A DNA stretch of 64,000 bases. It comes from a virus. The notes under the pieces were generated by a model. The model was not told where the DNA came from. It did no database searches and saw only the letters and a program-made list of their open reading frames with translations. Numbering within the stretch: position 1 is the stretch's first letter; each line of letters begins with the position of its first letter. Both the position numbers and the translations under genes were made by a program. Below are positions 44,953-55,066 of this stretch, piece after piece. Where the stretch lies: the UHGV virus genome UHGV-0212009. One strand, written 5' to 3'.

Positions 44953-45383
44953 TGTTTTTCGCTATGCTGTTGTTAGCGGGATGTTCATCAATGCGTCACT
45001 ATACCTCGCAGGAAAGTCAGCGCGATACGGTGATAACAGAACGTATTGTTCATGATACAGCATTCGTAGAAATACCTCTAGAGCGAGAGATTACGGTAGT
45101 TCATGATAGCAGCTCGCATCTTGAGAATCGTTTTGCCAAAAGCGATGCTTGCATTGATTCTCTGGGTAGGCTTCATCATTCTCTCGAAACTATACCACAA
45201 AAGATGCCAATCCCTGTTGTAACTACAGTTACGGATACGAAAATCATTTCCGGGGTGACCAGAACGATAGAGATCCCTGTGAGGCAAGAACCTAAATGGT
45301 GGCAAAAAGTGCTTATGTATCTCGGAGCTCTGAGTGTTCTTTATGTAATTATCAAGATGTCGATATTAATAAAAAGAATGTAG
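44928..45383 (+). CDS. Lipoprotein with C-terminal TM, unimolecular spanin-like
   Basis: Lipobox LAGC, beta-rich middle, C-terminal hydrophobic helix. Confidence 0.7.
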   Translation: MEQKRPYIMFFAMLLLAGCSSMRHYTSQESQRDTVITERIVHDTAFVEIPLEREITVVHDSSSHLENRFAKSDACIDSLGRLHHSLETIPQKMPIPVVTTVTDTKIISGVTRTIEIPVRQEPKWWQKVLMYLGALSVLYVIIKMSILIKRM

Positions 45384-45385
45384 AT

Positions 45386-45907
45386 ATGCAGAATTTCCCA
45401 AAAGGTAATGACCTTATTGTCAGATGGTCAATATTATATCCTGACGGATCGGTATTTCCGGTCTCCAATTATAGTTATGAGTTGAGTTATTCCACCGGAC
45501 GCGGTGTTAGTGTCGTGAGCGATTCGTCCATAAGCGTTAATGCTAATATTATCACGTGGCGATTCTCTGGGGCAGAACAGGCGTTCTTTGGCAAGTATTC
45601 ACTTACTCTTAAACTATATCTTGACGGTAAACTTATCGCAACCGTCTCAAAGAACAACGCCTTTGAGCTCACAAGGGTTTCCAGCTTTGGGCTGAGCGAC
45701 CTGAATATTACTTCCTATTGCGATGCTATCTCTGTACAGGATGTAATTACTCAGGCCACGAAGGCTCTAGATACAGCTCTCAGCACCAAAAAACAGTTGG
45801 AGGTGCTTTTACCAAACGGATGCGTGAGGTTGCAGTCTCCTAATGGTACGGCGTACCTCCTTTCCGTGGATGATTCCGGGAATGTGAAAGCAACGCCAAT
45901 CAAATAA
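45386..45907 (+). CDS. Virion protein sharing an N-terminal domain with 55063-57138
   Basis: GNDLIVRWSILYPDGSVFP vs GNNILIRWRLRYSDDSIFP. Confidence 0.65.
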   Translation: MQNFPKGNDLIVRWSILYPDGSVFPVSNYSYELSYSTGRGVSVVSDSSISVNANIITWRFSGAEQAFFGKYSLTLKLYLDGKLIATVSKNNAFELTRVSSFGLSDLNITSYCDAISVQDVITQATKALDTALSTKKQLEVLLPNGCVRLQSPNGTAYLLSVDDSGNVKATPIK

Positions 45908-45911
45908 TAGC

Positions 45912-47894
45912 ATGGAGAACAAATTAATTAAAAAGCGCATAGGCGGTAAAGAACTGGACTCGGTTCAACGCCGAAAGGATATGCTTGGTGACACCAAGAG
46001 GGATATACGCCTTCTTGAAAGAGCTCGTAATGCCTGGAATAATATGACAGACTTCCGCGAGCAAAGAGCCCGTGCTATGCGGTTTGTTTATGGCGACCAA
46101 TGGGGAGATTATATTACCGTAAAGGTTAACGGAGAAAAACGCACCATGACGATGCGTGAATATCTCAGCATGGAGGGGCACATACCGCAGCAAACCAACC
46201 AACTTAAGACCGATGTTAATACAATTGTAGGAGTGCTCATCAAGGAGCAGAACGAGCCTGTTTGTAATACCGTTGATAGGGAAGAGCAGCAATACGGAGA
46301 ATTGATTACTCTCGGCCTTCAGGCGAACAACAATAAGAATCGCATCAATATGATATATAGGCTCTGTGCTAAAGACCTTATTATAGGCGGTCTTGGCGTT
46401 ATGCATGAGCACTATGGTTATCGGGAAGGTGATCGTCGAAGAGAGGATTCGTGGTCGAAATACATAGACCCTAACTACGTCATAATGGAAACAACACTCC
46501 GAGATCCACGATTATGGGATATGACGATGATTGGCTGTTGGTATAGAATGTCTTTCGACATGGTTGTTGCTCAATTCGCGGGGCACAATGGCATTACCTA
46601 TAAGAAGTTGAATGATATTTATATGGGGGCCGGCTCTCCGCTTAATGATGGTGATTACATCGAACTAACAGACGCCAATGACCTTAAGAATCTTGAATTC
46701 ATGCATCCGGTTCGTCTGGATGAGTGCTGCGTTGCTGAAATATGGACTCAGGAGACCAAAAAGCGTATTCGAGTCCACGACTATAATGAGGGCACAGAAG
46801 AGTTTTTTGATGCGGATGATAGCGAAATGATTGCTGAAATCGAACAAATCAATGCCGCACGAAAGAAACTTGGCCAGCAACAGGGATTAAAAGATGAGGA
46901 GATCCCGTATATAGAGATTGAATCCTTTGTGGATGTCTTCTGGAAATTGCACATGCTCGCCCCGGACGGAACGGTACTTTGGGAGGAAGAGTCGCCTTAT
47001 CCGGATAGAAGTCATCCTTTCTCCGTCATGATGACGCCTTTCCTGGACGGGCGCATTTGTGGATATATTACCGACGAAATCGACCATCAATTTGCGATAA
47101 ACCGGGCTGTGGTTTTACAGGATTGGATTGTGCGCAACCAGATAAAAGGATTTACAATGATTCCGAAACAACTTGTTCCGGACGGTATGACTAATGAGGA
47201 ATTTGTGGAGAATTCACTTCATTTAGGTAACTTCTTCTTCTATGACGCAGAGAAAGCACGTGGCTTGAAACCGGAAGTCTTTCATTCTGGTGCAATCAGC
47301 TATGATGCAAGTAACTATATAAAGACTCTCAAGCAATTGATGGAATCTTCAACCGCCATATCAGGCAGCATTCAAGGTAAGACTCCATACGCAGGAACGT
47401 CCGCAGCCTTGTATGCTCAACAGACTGCCAATTCATCTACACCTATAGCTTCTCTGCTATCTGATATTCGTCAGTTTCTGGAAGATTCAGCGATGAAGAA
47501 AGCCAAAAACATAGCGGCTTTTTATGATACGCACAGATGGGAACTTATTGCGGGTTCTGTGGACGGGATATTCGACAATGCCAATCTGAACCTCAATAAT
47601 ATAGCAGACCTTGAATTTGACATCATAATAAGAGAAAGCAACGAAACACCGGTATATAGAGCTATCGCAAATGATACTCTGCTCGGTTTCTTCAATGCCG
47701 GCGCTATCGATCTGCCAACACTTCTTGAATGCGGCACGTTCCCATTCGGGGATCGTCTTCTTCAGAAGATACAAGCACGACAGGCGGAGATGCAGTCTGC
47801 GCAAGAGGGAGAAATGGGTGCCGCTGCTCAAAGTGCTGCGGCGCAAATGCAAAATCCTGTCCAGACAGAAGGCTTCGGCGTTCCTGTCGGATAG
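45912..47894 (+). CDS. Portal protein
   Basis: 660 aa, RFVYGDQW, P22-like layout, Q-rich tail; adjacent to terminase. Confidence 0.8.
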   Translation: MENKLIKKRIGGKELDSVQRRKDMLGDTKRDIRLLERARNAWNNMTDFREQRARAMRFVYGDQWGDYITVKVNGEKRTMTMREYLSMEGHIPQQTNQLKTDVNTIVGVLIKEQNEPVCNTVDREEQQYGELITLGLQANNNKNRINMIYRLCAKDLIIGGLGVMHEHYGYREGDRRREDSWSKYIDPNYVIMETTLRDPRLWDMTMIGCWYRMSFDMVVAQFAGHNGITYKKLNDIYMGAGSPLNDGDYIELTDANDLKNLEFMHPVRLDECCVAEIWTQETKKRIRVHDYNEGTEEFFDADDSEMIAEIEQINAARKKLGQQQGLKDEEIPYIEIESFVDVFWKLHMLAPDGTVLWEEESPYPDRSHPFSVMMTPFLDGRICGYITDEIDHQFAINRAVVLQDWIVRNQIKGFTMIPKQLVPDGMTNEEFVENSLHLGNFFFYDAEKARGLKPEVFHSGAISYDASNYIKTLKQLMESSTAISGSIQGKTPYAGTSAALYAQQTANSSTPIASLLSDIRQFLEDSAMKKAKNIAAFYDTHRWELIAGSVDGIFDNANLNLNNIADLEFDIIIRESNETPVYRAIANDTLLGFFNAGAIDLPTLLECGTFPFGDRLLQKIQARQAEMQSAQEGEMGAAAQSAAAQMQNPVQTEGFGVPVG

Positions 47895-47925
47895 GCTTCT
47901 TTACTAATACTCTCAGTTATTACTT

Positions 47926-47962
47926 GCGGACCCAACGATGTGAATCGGAGAGTCCGCTTTTT
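47926..47962 (+). terminator. Intrinsic terminator
   Basis: GCGGAC/GTCCGC plus T5. Confidence 0.65.
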
Positions 47963-47970
47963 ATGTGCAG

Positions 47971-48327
47971 TTAAATTAACTTTGCGTTTGTCAGAAGTTC
48001 TCTCACGAACGCAAGCTTACGTATCATGATGTCTCGACTCTGTAATGGGTTTTTCCCGGTTTTTGATTTTGTATGATACCAGCATTGATTGATAAGGCTG
48101 CTCACCGGAAGGCTCCTTGACGGGACGTGATACTTGTGCCGGAGTTCCAGGAATTGGGCCGTATTGATGCACATCAGCCTTTTGGGATTGGAAGGATCCG
48201 TAATTACATAGTACATGTCCGGATGCTCGTTGTAGCGGTCTTCTGCCACACGGACTGCCTGGTTGTAGATTTTTTTTGCGTACGCAGTCACACAAAGTGC
48301 TGCAAGTTTCTTGAATGGATTGTTCAT
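47971..48327 (-). CDS. Hypothetical protein
   Basis: ATG 48327 (MNNPFKK) after terL stop. Confidence 0.7.
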   Translation of the reverse strand: MNNPFKKLAALCVTAYAKKIYNQAVRVAEDRYNEHPDMYYVITDPSNPKRLMCINTAQFLELRHKYHVPSRSLPVSSLINQCWYHTKSKTGKNPLQSRDIMIRKLAFVRELLTNAKLI

Positions 48328-48340
48328 AATATCGAAAAAA

Positions 48341-50425
48341 TTAAAAGTTTGCCATGGTATTATTCTCGCCGGTTGTTGATTTTGTATGCTTTTGTTCGAC
48401 CCATTGAGGAAGTGGCATCTCTTTGAAGCATACCCACAGGCCAATACATGTCGCCATGAGTTCGTCATCATGTTTTTTAGGAGGTGCTGTAAACTTGTTG
48501 TGGTCTTCAATATACATTGCAAACTCGTCAAGACAGTTTGAGCATGGTTCCTCCCATGCTTGTTCGGAAATCGCCCATCTCGCAAGGTCAATGATTTTCG
48601 GTTTTGTGTCCGGTCCTGTATGAAAGCCCCACCGCTGAGGTGCGCCTTCTATTATTTTGTCCGGCGGTGTCTCTCGGCAATATAAATTACCGTACAGTTC
48701 TCCCGCCACATCCAGGAGATATTGAGACCCGTCCCCTCCAGGATCTCTGTTCTTGTCAGACATTTCGTATGTGTTGGATTCTATTACAAGAAGCGCATGG
48801 TTATACCATTCTGCGAGTCTCATAGCGTCGTATGCAAGCTGATACCGTTGACAGTGATAATGCATTTCCGCGACAACGTTTGGCTTTCCATTGAAGTCCG
48901 GCATCATCATGATTCTGTCTATGACACGCACGGAATGAAAATCCGAGGTAGGATTAGGGCCTCCAATATCCACGCAGACGAGGTAACGGTTACTTATAGG
49001 CGTTCGGTCAGGGAATTCCCATATTTTCAAGTCTCCGTTAGATTGTTCGATAAATTTGATTTCCTGCAAAACGGCTTTGTCTTTACGGTCGTTGCTTATA
49101 AGCCGTCCAATCTTTATCGGTTCTTTACAGAATTTGCGCATAGCTTCTACCTGATAGACGTCAAAGACGTGTGTTCCTGCGGCCACAAATGCTTCCACAT
49201 CATTGGATGGGGCTTCGTTAAGCATTTGTCCCCTGGTTGAGAAGTCTTTCTCTTTGTAGCGGTACCAATTAATCCCTTCAAGGGTTGCCCCGCTTTCCCA
49301 TAGGTACCAGTAGTATTTTCCCGGTTGCTTCCACTGTCCATCCGGAGTATCATTGTTTTTATTCTTGATTAGCCATTCCGCGAATTTCTTAACGTCTTTA
49401 ATTTCCAATGTGTCATGGGCAATGAGTTGCCAACCGATGAAAACGGCCTTGGAGTTGGATTGGCCTTTTTTTGCGGCGACATATTCATCGTGGAAGTAGT
49501 CATCAGAACTTTTGGCCGTAGATTCCTTTACCTGCATAGCAAGAGGAACTTTGAGAATACCTCCGGATATATCAGCAATCAAGTCAGACGATCTCTTTTG
49601 TGGCGTATCTGGCCAGACTCCGAGTTCGGAGTAATGAACACCAGCAATATCTTTCGCACGCAAAGAATCAGGATTCTCGGCTGAGCCAACATGAATTTCC
49701 GCGTCGAAGACATTCTTGCCGGTGTCATCTTTAATTACATATGAATTGCCCGTTTTTCCAGCAGGTGCGAAATGTATGGACGAGTTCTCCGGTAGTCCCA
49801 AGTCCCAAGCCGGGTAGTCTTCCACTGCCTTACGAAGCATCTTAACTATGGTCTCCGCTGCCGTGTTCAAGTGCGCTGCCACAGAAAAGGAGTGAAATGG
49901 GTCCCACTTAAAGAGTATCCACGTCTGGTAGAAAATACAAAATGTGCTTCCGCCCCACTGTCGAGCCTTGACTATAATGATGTCTATTGGGACGCCCGCA
50001 AGACGCATTTCTTCACAGATCATAAACACAACAAGCTGCGCCTTGTTGAGTTTGAATCTTATACGTCCTCCTTGCTTGGCCTTTATCTTGATTGTGAAGT
50101 ATGACCAGCACAGGAAGTCATGTTTGTGCCTTATTCTTCGCAGCTCCAGTTCCACTGCATGTGGCGTGTTTATTCGGGCATCATTTGGATAGTCTTTCAG
50201 GAATTGTTCTATGGATCCGGACGCAATAACGGCTTTAACGAACTTATTCCCGAACATTGTTTTAGGCACGTATTGATGTGGTATAGCGAAGTCCGGTATA
50301 TACAGTTCTTCCCTATCTCCAGGAGCGCCAAAACCCGTTATCGGATTATAATCCGCGCGGAGAGATACCCACCTCTTTTCGTTCTCTTCAAGAATGCTAT
50401 TTATAAGTTGCTCGTCTATAGTCAT
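48341..50425 (-). CDS. terL: Terminase large subunit
   Basis: KARQWGGST Walker A-like, VHYSE Walker B-like, VDIGG and HDDELMA nuclease motifs. Confidence 0.9.
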   Translation of the reverse strand: MTIDEQLINSILEENEKRWVSLRADYNPITGFGAPGDREELYIPDFAIPHQYVPKTMFGNKFVKAVIASGSIEQFLKDYPNDARINTPHAVELELRRIRHKHDFLCWSYFTIKIKAKQGGRIRFKLNKAQLVVFMICEEMRLAGVPIDIIIVKARQWGGSTFCIFYQTWILFKWDPFHSFSVAAHLNTAAETIVKMLRKAVEDYPAWDLGLPENSSIHFAPAGKTGNSYVIKDDTGKNVFDAEIHVGSAENPDSLRAKDIAGVHYSELGVWPDTPQKRSSDLIADISGGILKVPLAMQVKESTAKSSDDYFHDEYVAAKKGQSNSKAVFIGWQLIAHDTLEIKDVKKFAEWLIKNKNNDTPDGQWKQPGKYYWYLWESGATLEGINWYRYKEKDFSTRGQMLNEAPSNDVEAFVAAGTHVFDVYQVEAMRKFCKEPIKIGRLISNDRKDKAVLQEIKFIEQSNGDLKIWEFPDRTPISNRYLVCVDIGGPNPTSDFHSVRVIDRIMMMPDFNGKPNVVAEMHYHCQRYQLAYDAMRLAEWYNHALLVIESNTYEMSDKNRDPGGDGSQYLLDVAGELYGNLYCRETPPDKIIEGAPQRWGFHTGPDTKPKIIDLARWAISEQAWEEPCSNCLDEFAMYIEDHNKFTAPPKKHDDELMATCIGLWVCFKEMPLPQWVEQKHTKSTTGENNTMANF

Positions 50426-50897
50426 TTTCGAGAGATTTTATTTTGCGTTTCGTCATAGATACAATAACGCCTATTATGAATGCTGTTATATGTGTTATGG
50501 CGGATACCTGAGGGAACACAAGCATAAACAATGTGATACCGAAAAATAACCTGGTCTCTTTTGCGTGCCACCATGAAGACGACCATGCAGGTGTTCGCAT
50601 GCCTATGATGGCGAACAGCATATTGGATACTCCAATTATCGGACGAAAGGCGACCATATATGAAAATGTGGCAATAATGTATGCGATTAGGATTTCCGCA
50701 ATCATGGTCTTGTTATTTCTTGTTATGGTCTTTTTGAATAGATACCAAACAGAAAGACAGTTTGCTGCCAGATGGAATATGTTGGCATGAAAGAAGTGAT
50801 AGGTTGCCGATGTTAGAAAGCTTTTCCCAGAAAGATACTCCGGTCTTTCGAGGAAGATAAACACTATCGATAAAACGGCTATGATAATATATCTCAT
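50397..50897 (-). CDS. Rhomboid-like intramembrane serine protease
   Basis: HFFHANIFHLAAN, IGVSN (GxS), late TM His (THITAF); multi-TM. Confidence 0.75.
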   Translation of the reverse strand: MRYIIIAVLSIVFIFLERPEYLSGKSFLTSATYHFFHANIFHLAANCLSVWYLFKKTITRNNKTMIAEILIAYIIATFSYMVAFRPIIGVSNMLFAIIGMRTPAWSSSWWHAKETRLFFGITLFMLVFPQVSAITHITAFIIGVIVSMTKRKIKSLENDYRRATYK

Positions 50898-50899
50898 AT

Positions 50900-51316
50900 T
50901 TAAAGTTTGTCTGTTAATTCTTTGATTCTGCGCTTGCGCTCACGTAATATTGCTTTCATTGCGCTGTCGTGACATATGAAAAACATTGATGCGGGGCGAT
51001 CCACAAGTAATTCACAGATTCTTTCGCGTGATAGCTTGCAAGACGGATTATCTTTCAGAAACTTACAATAGCTTTTGTAGAGGGTGTGAATTTTCCTTTC
51101 ATTGAGGGAGAACATCTTATCTGGCTTTCTGCCGCTTTCTATCAGGGAAATATAATTGACAAGGGCCTTTGAGGATACATAGAATTTGGATGCCGGTTGA
51201 GAACGTACCCAATCAACCGCTTCATGCATATTGCTAAAGTGGTGCTCTCTTATTCCTCTGATGTACAAAGAATATAATTCTTTGTCTCTTTCTCTGCGAA
51301 GTTCTGTGTCGCGCAT
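50900..51316 (-). CDS. Basic hypothetical protein, candidate late-gene regulator
   Basis: Two-fold internal repeat (QPASKFYVS / RPASMFFIC); divergent from capsid operon. Confidence 0.6.
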   Translation of the reverse strand: MRDTELRRERDKELYSLYIRGIREHHFSNMHEAVDWVRSQPASKFYVSSKALVNYISLIESGRKPDKMFSLNERKIHTLYKSYCKFLKDNPSCKLSRERICELLVDRPASMFFICHDSAMKAILRERKRRIKELTDKL

Positions 51317-51367
51317 TTCTGCGGTCAGGGTGTTGATTATTATAAGTTTAGGGGCGGTTTCTTATTG

Positions 51368-51398
51368 CAAAGATATAAATAAAACATTTCACATACAA
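51368..51398 (-). promoter_or_regulatory. Housekeeping-type promoter for inverted terL operon
   Basis: Minus strand TTG-N20-TATCTTTG. Confidence 0.65.
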
Positions 51399-51405
51399 TG
51401 TAATA

Positions 51406-51447
51406 GTAAAAATAGACCGTGCCATGACAGTAGCAATGATATATTTG
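51406..51447 (+). promoter_or_regulatory. Putative late promoter copy 5
   Basis: GTAAAAATAGACCG-N20-TATATTTG. Confidence 0.8.
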
Positions 51448-51468
51448 GCGCGTTACAAAATATTTGCA

Positions 51469-52230
51469 ATGGAAGAAGAAGTAATGAATGTTCCCGAAAC
51501 CAACCACGATAAGATCGTCGGAAGGATGAAATCGAAATTCCCGGATCGGGATTTTGATGGCGAAAACGGACAGACAAGTCTTGAACAGAGTATTATAGAG
51601 GCGCTTGAAGCTTCCGATTCGGAGGCTGCCGATTATGGCCGGCTAAAAGAGGATACCGACAGGCTTGCCCAATTGTTTAATACTTCTCCCCGCGCTGCCG
51701 AGTTCTTGTCCGTTCTTGCCGAGACCAGGGACCCCGCTGAAGCAATATATAAAGCGTACGGACGAGAAGCATATGAAGCCTTTGCGGAAGGTAGCGCTTC
51801 TGAATTGATTACTGCTTTGGAGGCGGAAGATGCAAAACGTATTGCCGACGATGAGCAGTTTGAGAAAGAGAAGGAAGCTAATCTCAAAAAGTCATTCGAA
51901 ACTCTTGATGCGTGGGGCAACTCTAAGAACCTGACCGAGGAGCAGAAGGTAGAAGTTTTCATGAAATTCTACAATATCCTTGGAGACGCACTGCTCGGGA
52001 TTTACAACGAAGACCTGTTTGAAATGGGTTGGAAAGCTGCCCATTATGACGAAGACGTGGAAACTGCTCGTCATGAAGGGGAGGTAACAGGACGAAACGA
52101 AAAAATCAAGGAAAAAGCCCGTAGGCGTAGAGAGACCGATGTTATGCCACCGTCGTTAAGTGGTCAGGGTGTTCGTGTTCCCGAAAGAACGCCTGATGTA
52201 AAGGACGACCCTTGGATGCTCGGAGTGTAA
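51469..52230 (+). CDS. Probable capsid scaffolding protein
   Basis: Acidic helical protein immediately before capsid gene. Confidence 0.65.
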   Translation: MEEEVMNVPETNHDKIVGRMKSKFPDRDFDGENGQTSLEQSIIEALEASDSEAADYGRLKEDTDRLAQLFNTSPRAAEFLSVLAETRDPAEAIYKAYGREAYEAFAEGSASELITALEAEDAKRIADDEQFEKEKEANLKKSFETLDAWGNSKNLTEEQKVEVFMKFYNILGDALLGIYNEDLFEMGWKAAHYDEDVETARHEGEVTGRNEKIKEKARRRRETDVMPPSLSGQGVRVPERTPDVKDDPWMLGV

Positions 52231-52254
52231 ACATTTGAAATTACTACATATACT

Positions 52255-53895
52255 ATGAATCTTAAGTCAATTTCACGTCATAAGGTCAGCATCCTGTCAA
52301 TGCTCCTTATGATTGCCGCAACGGTACTAGGTGCTGGTAGCGGCTTTGCAATGGCAGTGGATGTTGCCGGTACCGAATCAGAAGGTCAGGTAACTCCGGA
52401 TGTGCAGACAGAGGAAACTCTTCGTGCTGCTGCACAGACAGACACTCAGGGGCTTGATACTCAGTTCCAGGGGAAGAGCACAACCGCTACAGACCTACGA
52501 GACGCAGGTATTGAGGCGGAAGATATTGACCCCAACGTGGCGAAGTTTCGTCCGTTCCGGTTCCCGATAGAGTGGTATATCGCTAATAAATGTAAGCAGG
52601 TAAAGAGCGCTTCTTACGAGCATCTTCATTTCCGTTCTGGTGCTACCGTTCTCGAAGATACTTTGAATTCGGAACTGGCTATCGGGAAGGCTTCTATTAC
52701 TGTTGCTTGCAGTAAATTCGCCAATTCCGGAGCTGCTCTCACCGAGTGTTCAGAGGTTTTTGTGGCCGATGTGGATGGTTATGGTCCCGACGGAGTTACC
52801 GTTGACGGAGATCTTGCCCTTTATGTCATTTCTAATGATGATGAGAATATCAAACTTGTCGCTATTAACCCGAAAGGTAGCGGCAATATCACCATCCCGT
52901 CCGGTTCCAAGTTCGTTGTAGCTGCGACGGCTTGTTCTGAGTCTCAGATGCTTGTTCCGCCGGAGTCTTACTTGCCGGAATCTGATACGCTTTATCTTCA
53001 GAAGAAAATATCCTCTGTCATTATTACCGATGAGTGGAAAGAACAGGCAAAGAAGGTGAATTTTATCACCAAGGATGTGCTCCACAATGGTCTCTATAAC
53101 TTCAAGAGAAAATGTGCCCGCACACACTGGCTTGGGCGTCAGGGCCGTATTGATGTTAAGGTCAAAGAGCTCAATGGCAATAGAGAGGCTACATACTTTG
53201 AGCGTGGTATTCTGCGCCAGATTCCTATGGTCTACACCTATAATGGACAGTCATTCAAGTATGATGACTTTATGGGTATGACAAGGCTCCAGTTTGCCAA
53301 GAACTCAGAGAACAACTATGCGGTCGCATTCTGTGGTATCAATGCTCTTGAGCGTATTATGAAGATGGCATACGAGGCTCAGGTAAAGAACGGCAGCATC
53401 AAGTTCGAAGATGTAGAAGTTATGGGTATCAATGTCCATAAGTGGAAAGATGCTCTCGGAACTCTTGAGTTTGTCCATGATCCGACCCTGGACGATATTG
53501 GATATGAAGATTATATCGCCATTATCGATATTGAGAACGCTGTTCGTTACTACAAGCGTAACGAGAAACAGGCAGTCCAGGACATGAAGAAGACCGGCGA
53601 GGCTCGTGAGGCCGAACGTACCACTATCTCGATGATAGACTGTATCGGTCTTAAGGGTTATAATGCCGTTCTTGTAGTGCCTGCCGATAGGCTCTCGAAG
53701 GCTCTCCAGCTTGGCGGAGTGAGCTCCATCGTGGAGACCGTTCCTGCCGGCACATCTTCTACCGACAGTCTTGACAAGAACAAGATGTACTATCTTGGTT
53801 TTGCTGTCGGAACATTTAAAGCCGGCACTATCATCAAGTACGACACCGCTACTTCTAAGTGGGCTGAGTTTGACGGTGAACTTACCGCAGCTTAG
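52255..53895 (+). CDS. Probable major capsid protein
   Basis: 546 aa, follows scaffold, followed by terminator; hydrophobic N-terminal extension. Confidence 0.75.
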   Translation: MNLKSISRHKVSILSMLLMIAATVLGAGSGFAMAVDVAGTESEGQVTPDVQTEETLRAAAQTDTQGLDTQFQGKSTTATDLRDAGIEAEDIDPNVAKFRPFRFPIEWYIANKCKQVKSASYEHLHFRSGATVLEDTLNSELAIGKASITVACSKFANSGAALTECSEVFVADVDGYGPDGVTVDGDLALYVISNDDENIKLVAINPKGSGNITIPSGSKFVVAATACSESQMLVPPESYLPESDTLYLQKKISSVIITDEWKEQAKKVNFITKDVLHNGLYNFKRKCARTHWLGRQGRIDVKVKELNGNREATYFERGILRQIPMVYTYNGQSFKYDDFMGMTRLQFAKNSENNYAVAFCGINALERIMKMAYEAQVKNGSIKFEDVEVMGINVHKWKDALGTLEFVHDPTLDDIGYEDYIAIIDIENAVRYYKRNEKQAVQDMKKTGEAREAERTTISMIDCIGLKGYNAVLVVPADRLSKALQLGGVSSIVETVPAGTSSTDSLDKNKMYYLGFAVGTFKAGTIIKYDTATSKWAEFDGELTAA

Positions 53896-53913
53896 CTTCT
53901 GTTAACATGGTAT

Positions 53914-53949
53914 TAAGGGAGGTGGGGCGCGTCCTCCCTCCCTTATTTT
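53914..53949 (+). terminator. Intrinsic terminator
   Basis: TAAGGGAGG/CCTCCCTTA plus T-run. Confidence 0.75.
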
Positions 53950-53969
53950 CGTTTCAAAAAATTGTTTTT

Positions 53970-54398
53970 ATGATAAGAAAAGTGTATTCATATCCGGGTA
54001 TTGCTGCCGGAGATGTTCAAATTAGGGTAGGCAAAGCTCTTATTAAAGTTCCGTTTGCCAATGGTTATCTTGACAAGAAAATGTCCCGTCCTGCCGTGTA
54101 TTCGACAGGCGATCCTGTCATGCAGGCTATTATCGAATCGTCCGATTTGTTCGGCCGTAGAATCTTTCTCCAGAACACATATGGAAGTGAAAACCGGGAA
54201 CCGACCCCTGTAGAAGCGCCAACAAATGGAGCTATTGACGATGCGTCCGTATATCCTGAAGTGACTAATTGGGAAGAAGCAGTCAAAGTGCTGAAAGCTA
54301 TTCCAGGTGTTAAAGTCACAAGTCTGCGCACTCCAGACTCCGCAAAGAAGGTTGCTGAGTCTCACGGTGTCGTCTTCCCTAATTATAATTTTGAATAG
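53970..54398 (+). CDS. Hypothetical virion-associated protein
   Basis: ATG 53970. Confidence 0.7.
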   Translation: MIRKVYSYPGIAAGDVQIRVGKALIKVPFANGYLDKKMSRPAVYSTGDPVMQAIIESSDLFGRRIFLQNTYGSENREPTPVEAPTNGAIDDASVYPEVTNWEEAVKVLKAIPGVKVTSLRTPDSAKKVAESHGVVFPNYNFE

Positions 54399-54400
54399 TC

Positions 54401-55066
54401 ATGTATGATCTTTCTGTAGAAAAGGCCAAGGAGATTGTTCGTAAAAACCTTGATGAAATAGGGCTGAACGAATCCATTATGGCATCATTGAATGACAGTG
54501 ATTCTGAAAACCTTGACGCGATAATCACGAGAACCTTATCGGAAGCGATTAATACGGTTCATCGCAATGCGGATGTGTCTTTATTGGACGGTGTTCTCCT
54601 TGAGGGCACCGAGATAGAAGATGTCTCAATAAACGATGCTGTCTTGTCCTTTTCTACGAAGAAAGAGATTCTTCGTCTTGTTGCGTTTAAGGCATCAGAT
54701 TCGGAATATGTTATATCTGGACTTGTTTCGGAAAGCTCTGCCGTGGGACGCATGCAGCATAATCCATACACAAGGGGGACTTATGACAATCCTCGACTTG
54801 TGATGCTACAAGGACGCAAAGATGGCAAACAGACATTTAACTACTATTCTTTGCGTCTCAACTATAAAGACCCGAAAGAGGCCATTGAAAGATTTGAATA
54901 TATCCCCATTTATCGCAGTAATGAGACCTCGTATAATGTGGCGACTAATTTCGTTGAGCAGGTGAACGACTGTCTAACGGGTATGGTACTGGCGATTTAT
55001 GGTCAATCAGAAAAGGCAAGTTATTTCATGTCGAAAGCAGGACTTGCAAATACAACTGGCGCATGA
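54401..55066 (+). CDS. Probable head-tail connector
   Basis: 221 aa; position after capsid genes. Confidence 0.5.
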   Translation: MYDLSVEKAKEIVRKNLDEIGLNESIMASLNDSDSENLDAIITRTLSEAINTVHRNADVSLLDGVLLEGTEIEDVSINDAVLSFSTKKEILRLVAFKASDSEYVISGLVSESSAVGRMQHNPYTRGTYDNPRLVMLQGRKDGKQTFNYYSLRLNYKDPKEAIERFEYIPIYRSNETSYNVATNFVEQVNDCLTGMVLAIYGQSEKASYFMSKAGLANTTGA

